Source: Erysipelotrichaceae bacterium (GTDB lineage Bacteria; Bacillota_I; Bacilli_A; Erysipelotrichales; Coprobacillaceae). Taken from it: a stretch of DNA of 22,120 nt. Every line of letters begins with the position of its first letter. The first letter of the stretch is position 1. The translations under genes and the position numbers were made by a program. The notes beneath the pieces were generated by a model that had not been told where the DNA came from, did not search any database, and worked only from the letters and a program-made list of their open reading frames with translations. Of the stretch, positions 15,865 to 22,120 are shown one piece after another. Location: NCBI GenBank assembly GCA_028698185.1, contig JAQVDW010000029.1, positions 1 to 22,120 on the forward strand, given 5' to 3'.

Positions 15865-17004
15865 ATGATACACAATAAGGCTTACAAGTTCAGGATCTAC
15901 CCCAACCAGGAACAGGAGATTTTGATTTCCAAAACAATCGGCTGTGCCCGGTTTGTCTACAATCATTTCCTGAACCTGTGGAATGAGGAATATGTCTCAA
16001 CCGGAAAGGGACTAACCTACAATTCCTGTTCCGCCATGTTGCCGCAAATGAAACGGGATGTGAAGACCGAGTGGCTCAAAGAAGTTGACAGTATCGCCAT
16101 CCAATCGTCATTGAAGAATCTGTCCGATTCATTTAGCCGTTTCTTCAACAAGCAAAACAGCCATCCCCGATACAAAAGCAAGAGGAATCCGGTTCAAAGC
16201 TACACAACCAAAAATGTGAACAATAGTATTGCCGTGATCGGCAAGTCGATCAAGTTGCCCAAGCTAGGTATGGTCAGGTTCGCCAAGAGCCAGGAGATCA
16301 AAGGCCGGATCATGAAGGCAACAGTCAGGAAGAATCCCAGTGGGAAATACTTTGTCGCCATTGTCGTTGAACAAGACATCGAACCATGGCCAAAAACGAA
16401 TGAATCAATCGGCATTGACCTTGGCCTGAGTGACTTTGCGATACTGTCCAATGGCAGCAAAGTCGCCAACAACAGGTTCACCAGCCAGATGGAGAAGAAA
16501 CTAAAACTAGAACAACGGAAGCTTTCAAGACGAGCGCGCCTTGCCAGAAGCAGAGGCATCGATCTTGGTGAAGCCAAAAACTACCAGAAACAAAAACTTA
16601 AAGTGGCAAGGCTCCATGAGAAAGTGATGAACCAACGCAATGACTTTTTGAACAAGTTGACAACCCAGATCATCAAAAACCACGATGTCATCTGCATTGA
16701 AGACTTGAGTACAAAAGGGATGTTGAAAAATCACCGACTCGCAAAAAGCATCGCGGATGTCTCGTGGGCGTCGTTTGTGGGTAAGCTCACCTACAAGGCT
16801 AAATGGTATGGCCGGGAAATCATCAAAGTGGACCGCTGGTTTGCCTCCAGCCAGATTTGTCATGAATGTGGCCACAAGGATGGCAAAAAACCTTTAAACA
16901 TCAGGGAATGGACCTGTCCTGATTGTGGCAGTGTGAATGACCGGGACATCAACGCCAGCAGGAACATTTTAAAAGAAGGATTACGCATCTTAACCAACGT
17001 ATAG
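15865..17004 (+). CDS. tnpB: TnpB (IS605 OrfB family RNA-guided endonuclease)
   Basis: The start is taken at ATG 15865 (GAGGTG 6 nt upstream; the ORF track opens at GTG 15856). YKFRIYPN N-terminus. The RuvC triad contexts are [19 protein letters not shown] and [12 protein letters not shown] zinc finger CHECGH...CPDCG is present. All appear intact. Confidence 0.93.
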   Translation: MIHNKAYKFRIYPNQEQEILISKTIGCARFVYNHFLNLWNEEYVSTGKGLTYNSCSAMLPQMKRDVKTEWLKEVDSIAIQSSLKNLSDSFSRFFNKQNSHPRYKSKRNPVQSYTTKNVNNSIAVIGKSIKLPKLGMVRFAKSQEIKGRIMKATVRKNPSGKYFVAIVVEQDIEPWPKTNESIGIDLGLSDFAILSNGSKVANNRFTSQMEKKLKLEQRKLSRRARLARSRGIDLGEAKNYQKQKLKVARLHEKVMNQRNDFLNKLTTQIIKNHDVICIEDLSTKGMLKNHRLAKSIADVSWASFVGKLTYKAKWYGREIIKVDRWFASSQICHECGHKDGKKPLNIREWTCPDCGSVNDRDINASRNILKEGLRILTNV

Positions 17005-17152
17005 ATAATAACAGGAACCGTAGGAACTACGGGAATAGCTTGGTAAATAAGAGAAACCGCTGATGTTTGTGGAAGCACCAATATCAAGTATGCTCTGTTC
17101 CCAAGAATCTCGTGACTTCAGTCATGAGAGGTTCAAGGGGATGTTAGTTGAC
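16990..17152 (+). ncRNA. Predicted TnpB omegaRNA (reRNA): scaffold from the tnpB 3' end/right end plus a 16-nt flank-derived guide
   Basis: This rests on family knowledge only. OmegaRNAs overlap the tnpB 3' end and the right end and read about 16 nt into flanking DNA. Hairpins seen here are CCGTAG gaa CTACGG (17018-17032) and the right-end hairpin (17109-17128). The 5' boundary is not determinable by eye. Confidence 0.35.
17109..17128 (+). repeat. IS200/IS605 right-end subterminal hairpin
   Basis: CTCGTGAC TTCA GTCATGAG, an 8-bp stem with a G-T pair at the same relative position as in the left-end hairpin. Confidence 0.6.
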
Positions 17153-18340
17153 AATACCAATTCCAAGTATGGCAAATTCATTCCTTGGCTGGTGGTTGGG
17201 ACCCTGGTGAATGCGGTTATTTTTGTCATCTTATTTACGGATTTTCATCTGACCGGGGTTAAGTTGGCAATTTTTGCCACGGTTGCTTATGTTTTATGGG
17301 GAATGACTTATACCATTATGGATATACCTTATTGGTCAACAATCCCTAACTTGACATCAAATCCTGAAGAGAGGGAAAAAATATCAGTATTGCCTCGGAT
17401 TTTTGCGAGCATGGGTCAATCATTGATCATTGCCGGATTTGGGGTTCAAATAATAAATGGTCTTGGTGGTGGGCAGGTTGGTTATCATAACTTCGCCCTG
17501 ATTATCGCAGCGACATTTATCTTTACAATCGGTGTTACTGTTTTTAACCTGCCAGTGCAAAAGGCGGTCACAAAAAAAGCGGAGAAACTGAATTTCAAGA
17601 AAATTTTAAACATCATCAAAGAGAATGATCAACTTAGGGTAACTATAGGGTTTGTCCTTTTATATAATGTCGGCATCCAATTTATCATGGGGGTAGCGAC
17701 ATATTACTTCACCTATGTCTCTGGCAACTTTAGCATGCTTTCATCATTCATGATTGCGGCATCGGTGGCGGAAATTGTGGGGTTGTTGATCTTCCCGAAA
17801 CTGACAAAAGTATTGTCCCGCAAAAAAGCTTTTAAGATTGCCTGCGTTTTACCGTTTTTCGGGCTGACTATGTTGCTGGCGGTTGGCTTTATTGCTCCTC
17901 AAAATGTCTTATTGACGGCAATTGCCGGTATCATCGTCAAGACGGGAACCGGTTTGGAATTGGGGTGTGCCACTGTATTTTTGTCTGATGTGGTTGATTA
18001 TGGAGAATATAAACTGGGAACCCGTAATGAGGGAGTGATCTTTTCGTTGCAAACTCTAATTGTCAAATTCACCTCGGCGCTCACGGCGCTCTCGATAGGG
18101 TTTGCTTTGGATCTGACCGGATATGTTCCAAACACGGCGCAAAGCCTTATGACCCAAAATTCAATCAGATTGTTGATGTGCGTCGTCCCTGCGGTGTGTA
18201 TGCTTATTGCTTATTTTGTTTATAAAAAAGGTTATCGTCTGGATGATGCGTTTATGGCAAAAATTGTTGCCACAAACGAAAACGGCCATGAAGGTCAACC
18301 GGACCGCGAGGTTGTCATGGACCTAACCCCAACTGACTAA
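17137..18340 (+). pseudogene. 3' portion (about 400 codons) of the GPH-family (MelB/LacS-like) glycoside-pentoside-hexuronide:cation symporter, disrupted by IS605 and 5'-truncated by ISL3
   Basis: GMLVDNTNSKYGKFIPWLVVGTL matches the GPH signature (D..TxSRxGKFRPW). Multiple TM segments follow. The first 26 codons of ORF-track protein 17063-18340 are IS right-end sequence. Confidence 0.8.
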
Positions 18341-18350
18341 ATATTGGAGG

Positions 18351-18380
18351 GCAGATTACCAAAATGGTCATCTGCTTTTT
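18351..18380 (+). terminator. Candidate terminator after the symporter gene
   Basis: GCAGAT (18351-18356) and ATCTGC (18370-18375) form a stem with a 13-nt loop, followed by TTTTTCCTTTT. Confidence 0.5.
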
Positions 18381-18438
18381 CCTTTTACTGGACCGTAACC
18401 CCGGGGATATTTTAATATAAATTTTTTTTAAAAAAGTG

Positions 18439-18467
18439 TTGACGATAACATCTGTCTATGATAATAT
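18439..18467 (+). promoter_or_regulatory. Sigma-A promoter for the tRNA cluster
   Basis: TTGACG (18439-18444), 17-nt spacer, TGaTAATAT (extended -10, hexamer 18462-18467). An A/T-rich UP-like tract lies upstream (18421-18436). Confidence 0.55.
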
Positions 18468-18486
18468 AAACAGGCAGTCAGTTGAT

Positions 18487-18563
<77 letters not shown>

Positions 18564-18588
18564 TTAATTGTTTGCATTAAAAAGTTAT

Positions 18589-18665
<77 letters not shown>

Positions 18666-18685
18666 TAATTTTTTTTTGATTAATT

Positions 18686-18761
18686 GGGGCCTTAGCTCAG
18701 CTGGGAGAGCACCTGCCTTGCACGCAGGGGGTCAACGGTTCGATCCCGTTAGGCTCCACCA
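18686..18761 (+). tRNA. tRNA-Ala (anticodon UGC), CCA encoded
   Basis: 76 nt. It has GGGGCCTTAGCTCAGCTGGGAGAGC with the G3:U70 identity pair context, anticodon loop CT-TGC-AC, T-arm GGTTCGATCCC and 3' CCA. Confidence 0.95.
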
Positions 18762-18773
18762 ATTTGATATCCG

Positions 18774-18796
18774 ACTCTGCCTGGCAGAGTTTTTTT
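18774..18796 (+). terminator. Rho-independent terminator after the tRNA cluster
   Basis: ACTCTGC ctg GCAGAGT forms a perfect 7-bp stem, followed by TTTTTT. Confidence 0.75.
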
Positions 18797-18815
18797 GTAC
18801 AGTGGGGGAAATTTT

Positions 18816-20156
18816 ATGAGAAAATATTTCGGTGACCGTCAATTCTATTTGTCGTTTCTAGCGATAGCCTTGCCGACTATGGCTCAGCAGTTCATCACTT
18901 CATTCGTCTCGTTGATCGACAATATCATGATCGGAGGCCTAGGTGAGGTTGCCTTGACGGCGGTGACGACCGCAAACAAGTTTTATGTGCTGAACTTCGC
19001 CTTGACGTTCGGTCTCGCTGGTGGTGCCAGCATTTTCATATCCCAATATTTTGGGGCCGGCAAGCACAAGGAGGTTCAGGAAACCTTCGATATTGCCTTT
19101 GTGGCGGCAGTGGTAGTCGGCGGGCTGTTCTCGTCGGCGCTGATTTTATTTCCAAGGGAACTGCTGTCAATATTTACAAGCAACCCCACAATCATCGCCA
19201 GCGCCTTGGAATACCTGACATTCGCCAAGTTCACATTCCTGCCGTTTGGCCTGTCGATGGCGATTTCGATGAGTTTGCGATCGGTCAAGATTGTCAAGCT
19301 TTCGTTGAAAATCGGGACCTTCGCCGTTTTGACCAACACCCTGTTCAACTACCTGTTCATATTCGGCAACTTCGGTTTCCCGAGAATGGGTGCTGCCGGT
19401 GCCGGATTGGCAACATTGATTGCCAGAATGGCGGAATTCGGGTTATACTTATATTATCTAAATAATCATGACAATTATCTCAAGGTCAGGATCGGGGAGC
19501 TGTTCCATCTCAATGTCGAAATCATCAAGAGGATGGTTTTCAAGGTCATTCCCCTTACACTAAACGAGATCATCTATTCAACGGGAACGACAATTATCTT
19601 CATGGCTTATTTGCGGACCGATGAGATCCTGGTGGCTGGAATCAGCGTCATCGATACAGTCGGTAGTCTGCTGTTTGTCTTATTCGCAGGGATTTCCAGT
19701 GCCGTCATGGTTCTTATAGGGAATGAGCTTGGAGCCAACGAACTGGAACAGGCGCAGGAAAACTCGTTGAAACTGATAACTTTTTCAATCATCATCGCCG
19801 GAGCGATAGGCCTGATTATCTTCCTGGTGGCACCGTATATACCGTTGCTTTACAATCTGACCCCTGAAACCAACCACCTTATCGAGGTCTGTTTGAAATT
19901 CAAGTCGGTCTGGGTGATTGCCAATGGCATCAGTGTCTGTGTTTTCTTTATCTTGAGATCCGGCGGGGATACCCGGAACACATTTCTGCTGGATTCGGGA
20001 TTCATGATGATTGCGATCACCGTGGCCACAAGCCTGTCGTTCACCGCGATCGAACTGATCACATTGTTCATGGTCGTTGAGAGCATCGAATTCATAAAGG
20101 CCCTGGGCGGATTGTATTTTTACAAACGGGGCAATTGGATCAGGAATTTAACTTAG
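18816..20156 (+). CDS. MATE family efflux transporter
   Basis: The start is taken at ATG 18816 (GGGGGA RBS; the ORF track opens at TTG 18795). The N-terminus LAIALPTMAQQFITSFVSLIDNIMIGGLGEVALTA is the classic MatE repeat start. About 12 TM segments are present. Confidence 0.88.
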   Translation: MRKYFGDRQFYLSFLAIALPTMAQQFITSFVSLIDNIMIGGLGEVALTAVTTANKFYVLNFALTFGLAGGASIFISQYFGAGKHKEVQETFDIAFVAAVVVGGLFSSALILFPRELLSIFTSNPTIIASALEYLTFAKFTFLPFGLSMAISMSLRSVKIVKLSLKIGTFAVLTNTLFNYLFIFGNFGFPRMGAAGAGLATLIARMAEFGLYLYYLNNHDNYLKVRIGELFHLNVEIIKRMVFKVIPLTLNEIIYSTGTTIIFMAYLRTDEILVAGISVIDTVGSLLFVLFAGISSAVMVLIGNELGANELEQAQENSLKLITFSIIIAGAIGLIIFLVAPYIPLLYNLTPETNHLIEVCLKFKSVWVIANGISVCVFFILRSGGDTRNTFLLDSGFMMIAITVATSLSFTAIELITLFMVVESIEFIKALGGLYFYKRGNWIRNLT

Positions 20157-20165
20157 GAGAGAGTT

Positions 20166-21164
20166 ATGAATAAAAAGCAGAATTATCTTATCAAGAGTCT
20201 TAACGGCCTTGCATATGGCTTCTTTGCGAGCCTGATTGTAGGAACAATCCTGAAGCAGGCTGGAACATATCTGAATCTTCCGATATTGATCGAATGGGGC
20301 AACATCGCTTCGTTCCTTATGGGACCGGCCATTGGGGTGGGTATCGCCTTTACAATCGAGGCCAAGGGTCTCAATCTGATAACTGCGACCATTGCCGGAG
20401 CAATTGGAGCGGGGACGATTGCGAACGGTACCCTGGCCATTGGAAATCCTGTCGGAGCATATATCGCCACCATTGCCGCTGTCGAAGCGGTGCGGCTGAT
20501 CCAAGGGAAAACCCCAGTCGACATTCTTCTGGTTCCGCTAAGCGCCATTGGAGTCGCGGGCCTGGTAACCATGTTTGTGGCGCCGTATGTCGGTGCGTTT
20601 ATTAACTGGACCGGAGCGCTGATCAATACCGGAACGACTATGCAGCCATTGATCATGTCGATAGTCGTAGCGGTTTTGATGGGTATGGCCCTGACGGCCC
20701 CGATTTCGTCGGCAGCTATCGGGATCATGCTCGGTCTGGAGGGAATCGCAGCCGGTGCGGCCCTGATCGGGTGTTGCGCCCAGATGATCGGTTTTGCGGT
20801 CATGTCGTACGAGGACAATGATATTGGCGACGTCATCGCCATCGGAATCGGAACGAGCATGCTGCAGTTCAAAAACATAGTCAAACACCCTTTGATTTGG
20901 CTACCGCCAATAATCACCAGCGCCATCCTGGCACCTATAGGCATTATTCTTTTCAATATCCAGACGTCTGCTATCGGTTCGGGAATGGGAACTGCCGGAC
21001 TGGTCGGCCCGTTGAGTGCGATTGGTGTCATGGGCAATGACAAAGCGGGAATGATAATCGTGTTTACCATAATCTTGCCTTTAATTGTGAATCTGTTCAT
21101 CTTCAAAGGGTTTCGTAGAGCCAATTGGATTAAAAAGGGAGATTTGAAACTGGATCGTTTATAG
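20166..21164 (+). CDS. Polytopic membrane protein, PTS_EIIC_2-like putative permease
   Basis: 332 aa, Gly/Ala/Ile-rich, with about 9-10 TM segments. The N-terminus LNGLAYGFFASLIVGTIL and the size resemble the stand-alone EIIC_2 family. The assignment comes from memory of the family pattern, not from a search. A GGAGAG RBS lies 9 nt after the MATE stop. Confidence 0.55.
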   Translation: MNKKQNYLIKSLNGLAYGFFASLIVGTILKQAGTYLNLPILIEWGNIASFLMGPAIGVGIAFTIEAKGLNLITATIAGAIGAGTIANGTLAIGNPVGAYIATIAAVEAVRLIQGKTPVDILLVPLSAIGVAGLVTMFVAPYVGAFINWTGALINTGTTMQPLIMSIVVAVLMGMALTAPISSAAIGIMLGLEGIAAGAALIGCCAQMIGFAVMSYEDNDIGDVIAIGIGTSMLQFKNIVKHPLIWLPPIITSAILAPIGIILFNIQTSAIGSGMGTAGLVGPLSAIGVMGNDKAGMIIVFTIILPLIVNLFIFKGFRRANWIKKGDLKLDRL

Positions 21165-21173
21165 GAGGTTCAT

Positions 21174-22016
21174 ATGGATAAGTTGGTGGAGGTTTATCGC
21201 AAATTCAATAGTGAAGAGGGGAATATGCATCGCTACTCTTTGTCCTACAGCATTTTCCTGGCTATTTTCCCCACTGTGATTTCGATGATGGTATTTTTCA
21301 GGCTGACGTACACCAGCGCCGCAAACTATCTCGAGATACTGTACAGGGTTCTTCCGGATGATTTGATCGACCCATTGGTCGATTATGTAGGCACAAACAA
21401 CTACGGATCGGGTCTTACCCTGGTGCTGATGATCGTTATGACATCAAACCTGGCCTGTGGCAGCCTGTATTCTTTCATGCTTATGAGCAAGGCTGATGAA
21501 AAATTCGAGTGCCCCAATCTCCTGGTGCGAATAAAAGCGTTCGGGGTCTACTTGCTGATGCTGGCCATTTTGAATGTTGTGGCCTTGGTGAATTTTTACC
21601 ACTATATTCCCACTTCGGTATTCAATGCGGGGATAACGGTGGCGGCCTTCTATATACTGTTCAGGTCCTTCTCGTTTAAAAAGCAGGCCTGGCATTATGG
21701 CTTGGCGGGTTCGATTGTCACCAGCGCCACCATAATCGCGATACTCGAATTGCTGTTCACATATACCAGCTACGCGACCAACTACAGGAACCTATATGGC
21801 CCTCTGTCCTCGATACTTCTTGGAATGCTTTCGGTGTACTATATCGCATCGGCGATATATGCCGGTTATCTTGTCAACCGGGCTTTTGGAATAAAAAGCG
21901 AAAATCAGGACTATAAGATGATCTGGTTTTACAGCTTTGGCAATTATATTTTTGGAAGCTTTGCCTCATTTGTGGAATTTATCAAGAGTGAAACCAAGAA
22001 ACGGCTGTTCAAATAA
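21174..22016 (+). CDS. YihY/BrkB-like integral membrane protein
   Basis: 280 aa with about 6 TM segments. The pattern after the N-terminal cytosolic stretch (YSLSYSIFLAIFPTVISMMVF) resembles the YihY family. An AGGAGG RBS is present. The family call is tentative. Confidence 0.45.
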   Translation: MDKLVEVYRKFNSEEGNMHRYSLSYSIFLAIFPTVISMMVFFRLTYTSAANYLEILYRVLPDDLIDPLVDYVGTNNYGSGLTLVLMIVMTSNLACGSLYSFMLMSKADEKFECPNLLVRIKAFGVYLLMLAILNVVALVNFYHYIPTSVFNAGITVAAFYILFRSFSFKKQAWHYGLAGSIVTSATIIAILELLFTYTSYATNYRNLYGPLSSILLGMLSVYYIASAIYAGYLVNRAFGIKSENQDYKMIWFYSFGNYIFGSFASFVEFIKSETKKRLFK

Positions 22017-22048
22017 CGGCTACAATAATAATATGAATATTCATAAGG

Positions 22049-22089
22049 AAAAGCCGAGTCTGTCAATTGGGATGGATCCGGCTTTTTTT
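22049..22089 (+). terminator. Candidate terminator after the membrane-protein operon
   Basis: AAAAGCCGaGTC ... GAtCCGGCTTTTTTT forms an interrupted stem followed by a T7 tract. Confidence 0.5.
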
Positions 22090-22120
22090 GCTGTACCCGG
22101 GAATCCGGGCATGTGATTTG

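Larger units (their letters stand above)
15284..17136 (+). mobile_element. IS200/IS605-family element (tnpA + tnpB), about 1.85 kb, inserted in the GPH symporter gene
   Basis: It encodes a Y1 HUH transposase plus TnpB. Related subterminal hairpins lie 17 nt inside the left end and 8 nt inside the right end. The right end reads ..GGTTCAA. There are no terminal IRs or target duplication, as expected for this family. Joining 15283 to 17137 restores an in-frame NDLFMGMLVDNT (boundaries +/-1-2 nt). Confidence 0.85.

Noticed and set aside
16200-16875. Two overlapping minus-strand ORFs (125 and 116 aa) inside tnpB
   Set aside because: They are antisense shadows of a well-supported TnpB CDS, with no RBS and no recognisable motifs.
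15284-17152. TnpB/omegaRNA as the 'previously undescribed system'
   Set aside because: IS200/IS605 TnpA-TnpB-omegaRNA (OMEGA) elements are well described. This copy is interesting as a clean example, not as a new system. No other gene cluster in the window (defence, toxin-antitoxin, retron, secondary metabolism) could be supported from the sequence.
20183-21124. 313-aa ORF on the minus strand, antisense to the EIIC-like gene
   Set aside because: It fully overlaps the far more plausible plus-strand membrane protein, which has an RBS, operon spacing and a TM pattern. The antisense product is Pro/Ala/Ile/Met-rich low-complexity sequence with no RBS, typical of a shadow ORF opposite a GC3-biased Gly/Ala/Ile-rich gene.

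Overview
This is a chromosomal window from a low-GC Gram-positive (Bacillota-type) genome, judged by GGAGG-type RBSs, near-consensus sigma-A promoters and CCA-encoded tRNAs. I cannot name the species from sequence alone.

**Layout**
- **1-8.8 kb, housekeeping.** It holds the tail of a histidine kinase gene, degV, the divergent threonine genes (hom-asd on the minus strand, thrC-thrB on the plus strand), and a ThiF/TcdA-like gene. These are followed by a 75-aa orphan ORF, an alpha/beta hydrolase, and rplM-rpsI.
- **8.8-18.4 kb, a decaying galactose/galactoside locus.** galM, galK and an AraC-type (YesN-like) response regulator look intact. The LacI/GalR-type regulator is a multiply broken remnant that the ORF track does not show. 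The partner histidine kinase is cut off after about 111 codons by an ISL3-family IS. A GPH (MelB/LacS-like) sugar symporter gene has lost its 5' end at the other side of that IS. It is additionally split by a complete IS200/IS605 element (tnpA + tnpB).
- **18.4-22.1 kb.** A stand-alone tRNA cluster (Ile-GAU x2, Ala-UGC) is followed immediately by a tight membrane-protein operon: MATE efflux, a PTS_EIIC_2-like permease and a YihY/BrkB-like protein.

**Novel-system hunt**
I found no CRISPR array, no rRNA and no gene cluster I can defend as a new defence or other system. The most system-like element is the TnpA/TnpB (OMEGA) transposon, which belongs to a described class. Its ends, hairpins, predicted TAM and guide can be read directly from the sequence.

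**Other items worth a second look**
- An exact 10-bp palindrome, TTGTATACAA, is placed once in each of the two divergent threonine promoters.
- A TAGTAA-box and 12-bp inverted-repeat array sits just upstream of the gal promoter.
- A 12-bp perfect hairpin sequesters the ISL3 transposase start codon.
- The alpha/beta hydrolase has Gly in place of its nucleophile Ser.
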